From the NCBI GenBank assembly GCA_964486505.1, contig CAZAMC010000003.1:139120-203119 (forward strand): 64,000 bases of DNA, in the 5' to 3' direction. Below are positions 1 through 10,525 of the stretch, one piece after another. The translations under genes and the position numbers were made by a program. Positions within the stretch are counted from its first letter, which is position 1. Every line of letters begins with the position of its first letter. The notes beneath the pieces were generated by a model. That model was not told where the DNA came from. It did not search any database and saw only the letters and a program-made list of their open reading frames with translations. This stretch comes from an uncultured Gammaproteobacteria bacterium (GTDB lineage: Bacteria > Patescibacteriota > Patescibacteriia > PEXW01).

Positions 1-1
1 C

Positions 2-3000
2 AGTGGTTTCAAAACTCTCCACCACCGGGCCGCTAGCCGCGGCTTTCAGCCGGACTTTTACGGACGTGGCGGTGGCCGACGACACGTTGAACCGAATCCC
101 CGCGTGCACCAAGGTGATAGCATCATTCGTACCAATACCTGCGTTCGCCGCGGTCTCAAAATTATTGTCTTCGGTTTGGTTCAGCGTGGAGGAGCCCACC
201 GCATCGGTAGCGTCATTGGGTGTCACTTCATCTACGCACGTGTAATCCACGGCAACGCAGGAAATGCTCACTGCCCAGGCTGTGTTATCACCCGTGGCGT
301 TCGGCTGCATGGCCACCACCGACCCGGGCCCAGGGTAGGAATTCTGGGTCGCACCCAAGCCTTGGTTCAGCGCCGCGTCATCCCAGTACATGTCGGCAGT
401 AGTACTGGTCGTTACCGCCCCCAGCAGCAAACTCTTCACCCCGTTGTCATGGTTCACCGTACCTGAGGCAAACTCCTGATTATCAATGCGAGCGGCAAGT
501 GCAGTGGAGCCTATAGTCGTTGTGTCCACCTTGAGCTCCAACATGTACCACGTATTCGTCGCAATCACCCGGCTAGAGTCTGAACCAACTTGAATTGGCG
601 TACCGCCCGTGCCTTCTTCATCCCAGAGCTCCAAAGTATTGTTGGCGTTGTCATACCGAATACTCGCTTGGTCCGTCCCCGCATTATCTCGGAAGACCAT
701 GATCTTCGTATTGGAATTGGGACGAGTAGCCATGCGCACGTAGGCCCGGGCGTAGAAGTCATCCGTCACATCCCCCGTTCCAAAGTCATTGCTCATTGCC
801 ATGAGGGCACCGGAGGGGTTTGTACGCAAACTTGCAGCCCCGGAACGAAAGGTGCCCGCGGTAGTGCTAATAGCTGGGTTGGTTCCCGCATTCGTGGTGT
901 ATTCAACCCCCGCCGTCACGCTTTGCAGCTCAAAACCGCTGGTCCACAGCCGCCCACCTTCTGCCGGAATGTACTCCACCTCCACCCAAATGGTGTCCAC
1001 GTTCATCACCGGGCTGCAGTCCGTACTGGCAAGACGCACTTGGGCACTATTCACACCCGTGGGCGTCCAGGGTGCCACGGTTGCGCCGGGCTGGTCGTAC
1101 GAAATCATCCCCGTAGTCACGGCACCCGTGGCATCGACGGTGGTCGTCACGTTGCGCGGTGAAGAGTCATCGTTCATGTAGAACGTGGTGTTGTTGTTCT
1201 GAAACGTTACCACAGTAGCGGTATTAAAGGTTGTGCCATCACCTATAACCAGACTGTAATTTCTCCCGAGTGTAGACGAGCCGGCGCCTGCTCGGGCCAT
1301 GGCCATCATCAGGCGAATTTCGTCATTCGCATCAATCCCGCTCGACGTCGCGTCGGTGAGGGTGTAGTCCTCGGTCTGTGAGCCACTACAGGAAACGTAG
1401 AGATCGGTCTGGCTGTTCGTGGTTTCGGGAACCACTTCATCCACACTCTGGTAATCCGCCACACAGCCGGCGCCCGTGCAGTTTGGCCACGCGGTATTCG
1501 TACCGTTGCCGTTCGGGCGCAGGTACACAATGCTCCCTGGGCCCGGGTACCCTTCGCCGGCCACGGAGTTTGTGGAATCCACGTTAATAGCAAAATCGTC
1601 AAGGAACATATCGGCGGAAGTCGAGGTGGTAATAATCCCCGCCTGAAGGGTCATGATGCCGTTCACCCAGTTTCGATTCGTGGAGCTCGCAAACTCAACC
1701 CCATCCAGACGGGCCGCCAAGATGGTATTGCCAGAGGAGCCCGTGCCAAAGTCTACGCGCATTTCTACCCGATACCAGGTATTCGTTGCAATGATTGCGG
1801 AATTCGATCCCACTTGCTCAGCTACGCCATTCGATAAGGTGCCATCGTCATCCCAGAGCTGCAAGACATTACTACTCGACACGAAGCGGACACTAGCCTG
1901 AGTCGAGGGCCCAGAGTCATTGATGGCAATGAGCGTAGTGTTCCCCGCGGGCAATGTGGCAAAACGCATGTACACCCGGAAGTACGTTCCGGTTGCATCG
2001 TTCGACGCGCGGAAATTGTAGCTCATGCCCTGCGTGCTGCTCGAAGGATTGGCACGCAGCGAGTAGGAGCCGCTCCGCACCGTGGTGCCGCTCACCGTGG
2101 GGGAATTCACGTTCGCCGTGTACTCATTGTCCGCGGCTGGCGTGCTCGTGGCGGCTTCCGAACTCTCAAAGCCAGTCATCCATAGCCGAGTTGGCGCCGC
2201 CGCACCAATGGCGTCCGACGCAATCTGCCACTGCCGGCTCTCTTGCACGTCACCAACCTGCAGCGGCCCCAGGCGGAAGAGCTCTGGGCTTATGTCCGGC
2301 GCATCGTACCGGTAGGTTAGCGTCTTCAAGGTGTGATCGGGAATGTCCACCTGCCAGCGAATGGTGGTGCGCTGCTGCCCCTTAATCACCGTGCCGCCGT
2401 CGCTCACTTTGAGAATAGTAAAGGAGGGCGGCACGTATTCTTCCACCGTTCCACGGTACTGCTGCTGGGGCCGCACATCCACCGCCATGGTGTACTGCGC
2501 GGGCGGAAAAATACGCATGCTCCCCCGACGGCCAATGGCAATGGGAATGACCGCGTCCACCACAACGGCGTCCGAAATAGTGTACTCTCCTTCCTGTGTT
2601 TTGGCGGTGAGCGTAACGGTATAGGTTCCCTCATCAAAGGTTTCGTACTCCGCACTGTAGTCGGCAACGTCAGTAACGTTGTCTGGCCCACACGTCGTGG
2701 AACGTTGCACGCCGTCCTCCTGCTCGGTAGTGAGCACTTTTTCAGAACCGTCAGGCGCCACGATACGCAGGGTCAAACTGGCATCGCACACTGTGTGGCC
2801 TTCGGCGTTCACCACGCCCATGCCAAAACTCACCGTCTCTCCCGGCCAGTACACAGACTTATCCATGTTAATCACCAGCACGCCCCACAAGAATTCGCTG
2901 GTGACAATCGCTTCCTTGTTCCCCTCCACAACCGTCAGCTCGGTTGTGTACATGCCGGGTTTGGAAAAACCGTCGGTGTGAATGGCGTACTTGGCCACCA

Positions 3001-4057
3001 CGCCCTTGCTGGTCTGCACGTTCGTAACGTCGTACGTCGCCGCCATAACTTTTCCGTCCGGCCCCGTAACCGCAACGCTCTCCACCGTGCGCGCGGTGTC
3101 TTTCACCCCCAGGAATTTTAGCCGCGAAGGCTTGCTCACCTGCACGCTCACCACCGGCTCATCCGTGGGCTTCACAATCTGCTTATCAATGCTCACCGCG
3201 TCTTTCGGTAGTACCAGAGATTCGCGCTTCACCGTTGGTTTGGCGCCAGCTTCCACTGTAAAACCATCTACGTACACGGCAACACTCGTGTCGGAGGGTA
3301 CGGTAACAAACCGCGCCCGCACCTGCAGCGTGCTCAGCGCATCCCGCGTGAGGGTGGGGAAGGGGAAGCGCCAGTACCCACCGTGGGAAACGTTGCTCAC
3401 ATCTTCGGTGAGGAAAAAAGAGTCCAGCTTTGTCCACTGCTGGCCGTCGAGGCTGGATTCCAAAACAAATGCATCTTCACTGGCCGCATTCCCCTGGGCC
3501 GCCAGCGACACGACGAGCGTGGGATTTGTAAAGTCGGCCTCGGCTGGAAACTCTTCCGGCAAAGAAAAACCTTTACACTTGAGCAAAGGGTCAACGCTTG
3601 ATGCATCCCCAGGCTTCCGGCTAGCCACCGTTGCAGAAATGTCAGCCGTGGGTACGCCGTTACTCAGGACATCAAGGTTCGTCGCACGGTCGGCATTTTC
3701 CCAGCCCGAACAGGCCGCGGGCTGAGCGCGGTAGGCAGCGGTACCGGATGACTGTGCGCGCCCGGTAAGGGCAATGCCCGCAATGAGGAGCAGACTCAGG
3801 AGCCCCGCGGACGTGACCAGGGAATGCCGGAAAAAACGTTGGACACGATTGGCGGCCAAAAGCGCAGCGTGGCGGGCGCGCTTCCGCACACGGGTGGGCC
3901 GGGGACCAACCCGCCCTGGTTTTTTTGTCTGGCTAGCGGCACCACGCACCGATGCCGATACGCCCGACACTCGACGACGCGAAACTGACGATCGGCTGCT
4001 TCGTAAGCCAAACGGTTTTGCTTTGGTATACCGCGTGCGAGATTTTGATGAAGGCAT
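2..4057 (-). CDS. Giant surface/secreted protein (>1352 aa, 3' end outside the window) with an N-terminal TM, an MG2-like region and tandem ~410-aa repeats
   Basis: Manual translation from ATG 4057 (AGGAGG upstream): basic N-terminus, TM SLVTSAGLLSLLLIAGIAL, then INMDKSVYWPGETV...RQWQIASDA, then two repeats RLW(M/T)xGFE...YPGPGS. No ORF-track entry in this frame, consistent with no stop before the edge. The + strand ORFs are its antisense shadows. Confidence 0.9.
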   Translation of the reverse strand, partial: MPSSKSRTRYTKAKPFGLRSSRSSVSRRRVSGVSASVRGAASQTKKPGRVGPRPTRVRKRARHAALLAANRVQRFFRHSLVTSAGLLSLLLIAGIALTGRAQSSGTAAYRAQPAACSGWENADRATNLDVLSNGVPTADISATVASRKPGDASSVDPLLKCKGFSLPEEFPAEADFTNPTLVVSLAAQGNAASEDAFVLESSLDGQQWTKLDSFFLTEDVSNVSHGGYWRFPFPTLTRDALSTLQVRARFVTVPSDTSVAVYVDGFTVEAGAKPTVKRESLVLPKDAVSIDKQIVKPTDEPVVSVQVSKPSRLKFLGVKDTARTVESVAVTGPDGKVMAATYDVTNVQTSKGVVAKYAIHTDGFSKPGMYTTELTVVEGNKEAIVTSEFLWGVLVINMDKSVYWPGETVSFGMGVVNAEGHTVCDASLTLRIVAPDGSEKVLTTEQEDGVQRSTTCGPDNVTDVADYSAEYETFDEGTYTVTLTAKTQEGEYTISDAVVVDAVIPIAIGRRGSMRIFPPAQYTMAVDVRPQQQYRGTVEEYVPPSFTILKVSDGGTVIKGQQRTTIRWQVDIPDHTLKTLTYRYDAPDISPELFRLGPLQVGDVQESRQWQIASDAIGAAAPTRLWMTGFESSEAATSTPAADNEYTANVNSPTVSGTTVRSGSYSLRANPSSSTQGMSYNFRASNDATGTYFRVYMRFATLPAGNTTLIAINDSGPSTQASVRFVSSSNVLQLWDDDGTLSNGVAEQVGSNSAIIATNTWYRVEMRVDFGTGSSGNTILAARLDGVEFASSTNRNWVNGIMTLQAGIITTSTSADMFLDDFAINVDSTNSVAGEGYPGPGSIVYLRPNGNGTNTAWPNCTGAGCVADYQSVDEVVPETTNSQTDLYVSCSGSQTEDYTLTDATSSGIDANDEIRLMMAMARAGAGSSTLGRNYSLVIGDGTTFNTATVVTFQNNNTTFYMNDDSSPRNVTTTVDATGAVTTGMISYDQPGATVAPWTPTGVNSAQVRLASTDCSPVMNVDTIWVEVEYIPAEGGRLWTSGFELQSVTAGVEYTTNAGTNPAISTTAGTFRSGAASLRTNPSGALMAMSNDFGTGDVTDDFYARAYVRMATRPNSNTKIMVFRDNAGTDQASIRYDNANNTLELWDEEGTGGTPIQVGSDSSRVIATNTWYMLELKVDTTTIGSTALAARIDNQEFASGTVNHDNGVKSLLLGAVTTSTTADMYWDDAALNQGLGATQNSYPGPGSVVAMQPNATGDNTAWAVSISCVAVDYTCVDEVTPNDATDAVGSSTLNQTEDNNFETAANAGIGTNDAITLVHAGIRFNVSSATATSVKVRLKAAASGPVVESFETT

Positions 4058-4181
4058 GGTCCTCCTTTTGCGCTCCTTCGGTGAGGTGCTGCACGCACTG
4101 CTGCGCCACCGAGCGAAGCAAAAAACTCCCTATCATTATGCCAAAAAACGCGCGTATTCGCAACCCGCGTCATGTATATTT

Positions 4182-4595
4182 TTAGACGCTGGAATTTCCA
4201 GGATGTGCCATCAGCCGCCGTGCCACCATAATGCACGTTCCAGCATCATTCATGATTAGTCCGTGCCGCGCAACCTGCTTGATGATGTCTGCCGATTCCG
4301 CGCCCGGCTGGAACCACATTTTCTGAATGCCCAGGCGTGCGGCTTGCTCCACTACCTGCAACCCCACCGCGGCGGGCACAACGACAATGACGACATCCGG
4401 TTTCCACGGTAGCGAGCCAAGATCGGGGTAGCAGGGAATGCCAGCGACCTCTCTGTACTTTGGATTTACCCCAACCACGGGCATGCCCGCGCCGTGTAAG
4501 TCCTGCAAGACGCGAAACCCATACTTCGATGTGTTGGTCGTGGCGCCGACCACCGCGTACCGGTAACCTGGTTGGAGGAATGCTTGCGCATCCAT
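4182..4595 (-). CDS. CoA-binding protein (YccU-like)
   Basis: AVVGAT...KYG, VNPK, WFQPGAES and CIMV motifs. Confidence 0.9.
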   Translation of the reverse strand: MDAQAFLQPGYRYAVVGATTNTSKYGFRVLQDLHGAGMPVVGVNPKYREVAGIPCYPDLGSLPWKPDVVIVVVPAAVGLQVVEQAARLGIQKMWFQPGAESADIIKQVARHGLIMNDAGTCIMVARRLMAHPGNSSV

Positions 4596-4648
4596 AGGCT
4601 TATCGGGTACTATCTGAACTACGTAGCGTAGTATACCTTGTTTTTCCT

Positions 4649-5176
4649 ATGCCTACACCCACCGCGCACGTCGCCACAAAGACGTACCAGACCCAACATC
4701 GACAAGAGTTCATCACGATTACCAAAGACGTCGAAGCGGCGATTGCGGCCTCGGGCGTACACACCGGCACGATTACCATCCAGTCGCACCACACCACGGC
4801 GAGCATTTGGGTAAACGAGGATGAGAAGAATCTCATTGGCCCCCACGAAAAACTCGGATACACACCCGACCTCTCTCGGGTGCTGGATAGGTTTGCGGAT
4901 CCGGAAGAAGACTACGGGCACAACGACGTCCGCGACGTAAATAACCCCAAAGGCAAGCGCGACACGCACCTGTGCACGCCCGACTCCTGCGGCGTGGTGC
5001 ACGAGTGCATCAACGGCCACGCGCATGCCCAGGCGATGATTCTGCCGTGCTCTGTAACAATGGTTGTCGCTGAGGGTAAACTGGTGAAAGGTATTTGGCA
5101 GCAAGTCATGCTGGTGGAGCTGGACCACGACCGCGAGCGCACGGTAACGTTCCTCGTACAAGGAGTAAGTAAGTAA
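4649..5176 (+). CDS. YjbQ/UPF0047 family protein
   Basis: HTTASIWVNE, NGHAH and GIWQQVMLVELD motifs. Confidence 0.88.
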   Translation: MPTPTAHVATKTYQTQHRQEFITITKDVEAAIAASGVHTGTITIQSHHTTASIWVNEDEKNLIGPHEKLGYTPDLSRVLDRFADPEEDYGHNDVRDVNNPKGKRDTHLCTPDSCGVVHECINGHAHAQAMILPCSVTMVVAEGKLVKGIWQQVMLVELDHDRERTVTFLVQGVSK

Positions 5177-5211
5177 AAGAAAACGGCCGTTCGAATACGA
5201 GCGACCGTTGT

Positions 5212-5796
5212 TTACATTTGCTTCTCTCTCATTCGCAGGAGCCACCGAAGCCACCAGCGGTAGTCCTTGTCTTCCTTGAGGGCGAGATGCCCAACAATGC
5301 TACCAATTGCAAGGACGATGGCGAGCCACAACAGCCAGCTTGCCAGTGCTGGATTTCGCATAAACAGCAAGATGATTGCCGCGCCTTCGCTACAGAGCTT
5401 GGCTTTCCCAAACCAATTCGCGCCAAGTCGCCGTTTCACCCGAAAGAATGCGGCGATACCGGGCAACGCAGCGAGAACCACAGCAAAAGAAAGGACGAGG
5501 ATGAACTGCGGGGCGAGTTCTGGATACTTACTCTGAAACTGGTAGAGCAAGAACAGATGCAGGACCTTGTCGGCTAGCGGATCCAGCAGCTTACCAATGT
5601 CAGTCACTGCATCCAGCCAACGAGCAACCGCGCCATCCAAGTAGTCAGTGAACAGCGCGCCGCAGTACAACCAAAATGCCAAGCTATGATCATCCAGGTT
5701 CAAGGCCCACCACAACGGTAACACCGCGACCATGCGTGCAAATGAGAGGAGGTTTGGAATAAGGTACTTCCACTTCACCTTCACCTCCAATTTCAA
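5212..5796 (-). CDS. CDP-alcohol phosphatidyltransferase (PgsA-like)
   Basis: IPNLLSFAR and TDYLDGAVAR...GKLLDPLADK signature; start codon uncertain. Confidence 0.88.
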   Translation of the reverse strand: MKLEVKVKWKYLIPNLLSFARMVAVLPLWWALNLDDHSLAFWLYCGALFTDYLDGAVARWLDAVTDIGKLLDPLADKVLHLFLLYQFQSKYPELAPQFILVLSFAVVLAALPGIAAFFRVKRRLGANWFGKAKLCSEGAAIILLFMRNPALASWLLWLAIVLAIGSIVGHLALKEDKDYRWWLRWLLRMREKQM

Positions 5797-5846
5797 AGAT
5801 CTAGGATTGGTGGAATCCTAGGGACAAAAGCAGCCGTCGTCAACAA

Positions 5847-6845
5847 CTACTCGCCAGTGTACTTCCCCTGGTTGGCGGCAACGTTGGCCTGCAGTCGCTT
5901 CATAAACTCGGCCTGCGCGGCTGGGACATTTTCAGCTTTCCCCTTCCAGAGGTCGAGGGGTGGACCTTGCAGGGCGCGGGCGTAGGAGAAGCTAATCGTC
6001 CAGGGCCCCGGGTTTACCTTCGCAATTGCGTTGAGGTTCTCGGTAGCTTGCACTGCGGTCTGCCCACCCGAAAGAAAAACAATACCGGGGACTTCCGCGG
6101 GTACACTGGCGGTGAAACACCGAATCGTTGCCTCGGCGATCTGCTCGGGAGAGGCCTGCGAAGCGCAGGTTATGCCGCTTATGACCATGCTCGATTTCAA
6201 AATGACGCCAGCCAGGTCCACGCTGTGCGCCTGGAGCTGGTTGAAGACTTCTTTCAGGGTCTTCGTAGTTACGGTCTCGCTTATGGCTAGGGTATGGTCA
6301 CCATCAATGAGCACTTCGGGTTCCACGACCGGCACGATCCCGGCCTCCTGGCACAAAGCGGCGTAGCGAGCTAGGGCGTGCGCATTCGCCGTAATGCAGT
6401 AGTCCGTGGGCAAGCCGTTGCCAATGCTAATCACCGCGCGCCACTTCGCAAATTGCACCCCGTGGCTGGCGTAGTCCTTCAACCGCTCACGCAGTTTGTC
6501 TAAACCTTCTGTAACTTTTTCTCCGGGGAAGTTCGCCAGGGGGTGCGCGCCTTCGTCCACCTTAATACCCGGGGCAATGCCTTTCTGCTGCAGGAGGCGG
6601 ACGAACGGCGTGCCGTCATCGGCAGACTGGCCGAGCGTTTCGTGGTGCAAAATCACCCCGCTAATGCCGTGCTCAATGCCGGCCGCGGTAAAGAAAAGGT
6701 TACGGTACTGGCGCCGGTTCTCAGCCGTGTTTTCCAAACCTATGGTGGCTAAACGCTTGCCTGCAGTTGTGGTGCTCTCATCCGCAGCGAGGAAGCCCTT
6801 ATGATCAGCGAGGAGTTTCTTGGCGATGTCGTTGAGGTTGGGCAT
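5847..6845 (-). CDS. fba: Class I fructose-bisphosphate aldolase (glycolytic type)
   Basis: KGFLAADES, GIKVD, FAKWR, VPVVEPEV, FLSGGQ and SFSYARALQ motifs. Confidence 0.95.
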   Translation of the reverse strand: MPNLNDIAKKLLADHKGFLAADESTTTAGKRLATIGLENTAENRRQYRNLFFTAAGIEHGISGVILHHETLGQSADDGTPFVRLLQQKGIAPGIKVDEGAHPLANFPGEKVTEGLDKLRERLKDYASHGVQFAKWRAVISIGNGLPTDYCITANAHALARYAALCQEAGIVPVVEPEVLIDGDHTLAISETVTTKTLKEVFNQLQAHSVDLAGVILKSSMVISGITCASQASPEQIAEATIRCFTASVPAEVPGIVFLSGGQTAVQATENLNAIAKVNPGPWTISFSYARALQGPPLDLWKGKAENVPAAQAEFMKRLQANVAANQGKYTGE

Positions 6846-6848
6846 ACA

Positions 6849-7793
6849 TTATTTTTTAAAAGCGTCGTGGTGGGTGGTGATGTAGCGTAGTGTACCAGAC
6901 TGCCCCCGGAGCACCATGGAGTGGGTAATGACCCGATCGTTCTGAAACAGAACACCGGGCAGGAGCGGCCCCTCAATCACCCCCGTGCAGGTGAACGTGA
7001 GCTGCTCGCCTTTTGCCAAGTCAGCCGCGGCCCACACCTTGGTCGCGTCATGGCCGAAAGCCGTAAGCCGCTGTTCTTGCGTCTCACCCTTCGGCGCAAA
7101 GCGGCCAAGCAACTGGCCGCCCATAATTTTTATTGGCACTGCGGCGAGCACACCCTCGGTGCTCCCACCAATGCCCATGAGCGCATCAATTTCATTACCC
7201 GGGGTGCATGCCGCTATGGCGCCGGCAACATCACCATCGGTGATGAGGCGCACGCGTGCGCCGGCCCGCCGGATGTCCTGGATGAGCTGCTCGTGCCGCG
7301 GCCGATCCAGCACAATCACCGTCACCTCGCCCACATCTTTCCCTAAAGCTTTTGCTACCTTCTGGAGGTTGTCTGCAACTGGCGCGTCCAGATCAATGAC
7401 GCCTGCGGCCTCTTTTCCAACGGCAATCTTCTGCATGTACACGTCTGGCGCGGCGAGCAAACTTCCTTCTGCTCCCGCAGCAATGACGGCAATAGCGTTG
7501 TACCGACCGAACGCCACGCTATCTGTACATTCAAGTGGATCAATAGCCAAATCCATCCGCGGGCCGTTGCCGGCGCCAACGTCTTCACCATTGAAGAGCA
7601 TGGGCGCCTTGTCTTTCTCGCCTTCGCCAATCACCACTGTGCCGGTGAAAGCAATCTGGTTAAACCGGCTGCGCATCTGGTCCACTGCAGCTTGGTCAGC
7701 AGCTTTGTCGTCGCCCTTGCCAATCCACTTGGCGGCAGCAATAGCGGCAGCTTCGGTAACGCGGACGAATTCGAGGGCAAGGTTACGGTCCAT
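6849..7793 (-). CDS. glpX: Class II fructose-1,6-bisphosphatase
   Basis: RVTEAAA, VIGEGEKDKAPML, DRPRH and DGDVAG motifs. Confidence 0.95.
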   Translation of the reverse strand: MDRNLALEFVRVTEAAAIAAAKWIGKGDDKAADQAAVDQMRSRFNQIAFTGTVVIGEGEKDKAPMLFNGEDVGAGNGPRMDLAIDPLECTDSVAFGRYNAIAVIAAGAEGSLLAAPDVYMQKIAVGKEAAGVIDLDAPVADNLQKVAKALGKDVGEVTVIVLDRPRHEQLIQDIRRAGARVRLITDGDVAGAIAACTPGNEIDALMGIGGSTEGVLAAVPIKIMGGQLLGRFAPKGETQEQRLTAFGHDATKVWAAADLAKGEQLTFTCTGVIEGPLLPGVLFQNDRVITHSMVLRGQSGTLRYITTHHDAFKK

Positions 7794-7858
7794 TAATGTA
7801 TTCTACCCACCTTGACCCCCAAGGGAAAGCGCCCTAGAGTTGCGGCACGAAAACGTAC

Positions 7859-8755
7859 ATGAAAAAAGGAGAAGCTGTGTACACCATTCAGTACGACGAC
7901 ATTCCCTGCTGGTACGAATTGGGCTGGCAGAACCAACCGCCAGCGCTGATTGTGCGCCTGCATAAGGAGATTATCCCGAGCACCCTCTGGCCTGCCGCTG
8001 ATAGCCCGCCCATCCTCGACTTTCAGAAAACCTACGGTTTCAAGAACTTCGAAGTGCAGCTGGAACAGGGGTTCGGGTTTGAACGGGCGTTCACGTTTGT
8101 AGAGCAAGACGCTCACTGGCTCACCCTCCGCGGAGATATCCCAACAATGATCGCGGGAAGCACGACCTGCAGTGAGTGTAACGGAACGGGGACACGCGAA
8201 ATATTCGAAGATACGTGCCCGCGGTGCAAGGGAAGCAAAAAGATGCGCGTAATCAGCTGGCACAAGCTCAATGCGCTTTCCGCGTCGTGCGCTGTCCTCT
8301 TCGGCTACCCGCTGTTCATGTTCCAGGGTAAGACTTCTGCCCACCAGCCGCAATTGCTCACACTCGAGTGCATCCTGCAGTCAGGATGGCATGGTGCCTC
8401 CATGGGTGGGCACATTAGTAAGGCGCTGGCCTTGTGGTGCAAGGCACGTGGCAATGACGTGCTGGATGAACCCACACTGGCAATGCGCACCGCCCTCCGG
8501 CGCCTGCAGGGGAAGCTCGACAAGTACGACGAACGTGAGACGTACCTGCGCATTGACCAAGGCAACATCTTCGCTACGTGCCCGGGCAATGCCACGCAAA
8601 TCCACCCCGCCAGTGGGTACATTGAGAACGTCCAGGAAGGCTTCGAGCTTGGTTGCCATAACCTCGACAGTGCCTGGCAACAGCTAACCTTCTTCGCTGG
8701 CCTCGCCAGCCTACATGACCTTGCTCGTTCGGAAATGCAAAAGCCGTCCGCCTAA
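7859..8755 (+). CDS. Hypothetical protein with a DnaJ-type CxxCxGxG zinc finger
   Basis: CSECNGTG...CPRCKGS; own TTGACC/TAGAGT promoter and a downstream hairpin. Confidence 0.7.
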   Translation: MKKGEAVYTIQYDDIPCWYELGWQNQPPALIVRLHKEIIPSTLWPAADSPPILDFQKTYGFKNFEVQLEQGFGFERAFTFVEQDAHWLTLRGDIPTMIAGSTTCSECNGTGTREIFEDTCPRCKGSKKMRVISWHKLNALSASCAVLFGYPLFMFQGKTSAHQPQLLTLECILQSGWHGASMGGHISKALALWCKARGNDVLDEPTLAMRTALRRLQGKLDKYDERETYLRIDQGNIFATCPGNATQIHPASGYIENVQEGFELGCHNLDSAWQQLTFFAGLASLHDLARSEMQKPSA

Positions 8756-8769
8756 TTGGACGGCTTTTT
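8739..8769. terminator. Bidirectional intrinsic terminator
   Basis: AAAAGCCGTCC-loop-GGACGGCTTTTT. Confidence 0.7.
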
Positions 8770-8841
8770 CTATTGACGGACGCAGTGGGGCGACGTAAGC
8801 TGCACTGAAAATTGAACATGAACAAATGGAAAGGAGACCAT

Positions 8842-9612
8842 ATGAAATGGCCACGAGAGCTCACGCTCATCCGTCACGATACCTCGACCTTCAATGCGTC
8901 GAAAGTCGCAAAGGAGACCGATGAACTCTACCTTCGTTTCCGCAACGCATTCGAGGCAAACCCGGACAGTGAAGAAACTCACGAGCTCGCCCTGCAGGTG
9001 CACGAGAAGTTCAAACCAACAGTCGGTGACTGGAACACGCCGCTGTGGGATGGCGAAAGCCCAAACGCCAGCACGGTGGGCGCGAACCTCGTAGAGCACA
9101 TTGGCCGGCCGGACGTTATCTTCGTCTCACCGTACATTCGTACACAAGCCACGTTAGCCGGCCTCACCCGTGGCTGGCCCGAGCTCGGCACCGTGCGGAC
9201 GTACGTGGATGACCGACTCCGTGAGCAAGAGCACGGCTTGGCAAACTTGTATGGCGACTGGCGGGTATTCCACGCCCTGCATCCCGAGCAGCGGGCCCTC
9301 TACACCATGCACAAGCGGTACTTCTACTGCTTCCCGCAGGGTGAGAGCGTCCCCAACGTCCGCGAACGCATTGCCCTGTGGCTGAACACCATCACCCGCG
9401 ACTTCGCGGACAAACGCATCCTGGTGGTCACCCACCACCTCACCATCCTGTCTATCCGCGCCAGCCTGGAACGCCTGAGCTTTGAACAGTTCATCGAACT
9501 CGATGAACATGAAAAACCCATCAACTGTGGCGTAACCATCTACCGTGGCTACCCCAATATGGGCAGCGATGGCCGCCTCATCCTGGACCAGTACAACGTA
9601 AAGCTGTACTAG
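8842..9612 (+). CDS. Histidine phosphatase / phosphoglycerate mutase family protein
   Basis: LIRHD, SPYIRTQAT, RLREQ, PQGES and VVTHH motifs; SD AAGGAG before ATG 8842. Confidence 0.88.
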   Translation: MKWPRELTLIRHDTSTFNASKVAKETDELYLRFRNAFEANPDSEETHELALQVHEKFKPTVGDWNTPLWDGESPNASTVGANLVEHIGRPDVIFVSPYIRTQATLAGLTRGWPELGTVRTYVDDRLREQEHGLANLYGDWRVFHALHPEQRALYTMHKRYFYCFPQGESVPNVRERIALWLNTITRDFADKRILVVTHHLTILSIRASLERLSFEQFIELDEHEKPINCGVTIYRGYPNMGSDGRLILDQYNVKLY

Positions 9613-9665
9613 AACCCCACCACCACATTGTCCTCTACGCCGTCCAAGAAATTGGACGGCTTTTG

Positions 9666-10469
9666 CTACACCAACGTCACGCGATGCAACCGGACGTGTT
9701 TGCCAAACCACGACCAGGCATGCGCACGAACGGCCGGCGTGATGGAAGTGAGCACGATGCGAATGGAACGGTGCCGGCTGAGCGCCTGGGCAATCTCGGG
9801 ATGGTGGTGGAGGTAAGCCTTGAGTTTCGGGGGAACAACGGCATCCTGCGCCAGCAATCTCGTCTGCCGGGGAAAACTCTTCCGAAACGCTGCACGGAGT
9901 ATCCCGTAGTGCGTACAGCCCAAGATGACGACGTTCGGTTTGAGTCGTGCCATGGGCTGCGCGTAGAGGGGCACCAAGGCACGAGCAGTGCGTAACTCAT
10001 CATTTTCCACAAGCGGAACAAGGCGCGGCGCTGCTTGCTGCACGAGCTTCAAGTGCTCGCGCCGCTTGAAGAATTCCTTCACGTACGCGTTGGACTCTAC
10101 GGTGCTCTGCGTGGCCACCACGCCCACGGTTCTGCCAACGGACTTGGCCAGAGCGGCTTCCACGGTGGGGATTATCACCCCGAGCACGCGCCGGTTGGGG
10201 TAGTGCTTCGGCAAGTACCTCCGCTGGATTTTCCGCAACGCCTGGGCCGACGCAGTGTTGCACGCCAGAATAACAAGCACGCATCCACGCTTGAACAAGT
10301 ACTCCACGCCTTGCCGCGTGAATTGGTAAATCTCCGCCTGCGATCGGTTACCGTACGGCACGCGCGCCGTATCGCCCAGGTACACGTAATCGTACTGCGG
10401 CAGCTTCTTCTGAATACTCCGGAGCACAAATAGGCCGCCCAGCCCAGAATCAAAAATGCCAATCTTCAT
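9666..10469 (-). CDS. murI: Glutamate racemase
   Basis: MKIGIFDSGLGG, PYG, ACNTAS and LGCTHY motifs; start reassigned to 10469. Confidence 0.96.
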   Translation of the reverse strand: MKIGIFDSGLGGLFVLRSIQKKLPQYDYVYLGDTARVPYGNRSQAEIYQFTRQGVEYLFKRGCVLVILACNTASAQALRKIQRRYLPKHYPNRRVLGVIIPTVEAALAKSVGRTVGVVATQSTVESNAYVKEFFKRREHLKLVQQAAPRLVPLVENDELRTARALVPLYAQPMARLKPNVVILGCTHYGILRAAFRKSFPRQTRLLAQDAVVPPKLKAYLHHHPEIAQALSRHRSIRIVLTSITPAVRAHAWSWFGKHVRLHRVTLV

Positions 10470-10525
10470 ACCCTGACTATAGCAAAAGCCATCCAGACAC
10501 CTGGATGGCTTTGCAAGGTACGTGG

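Noticed and set aside
3-4259. Numerous + strand ORFs
   Set aside because: Antisense shadows of the giant minus-strand gene
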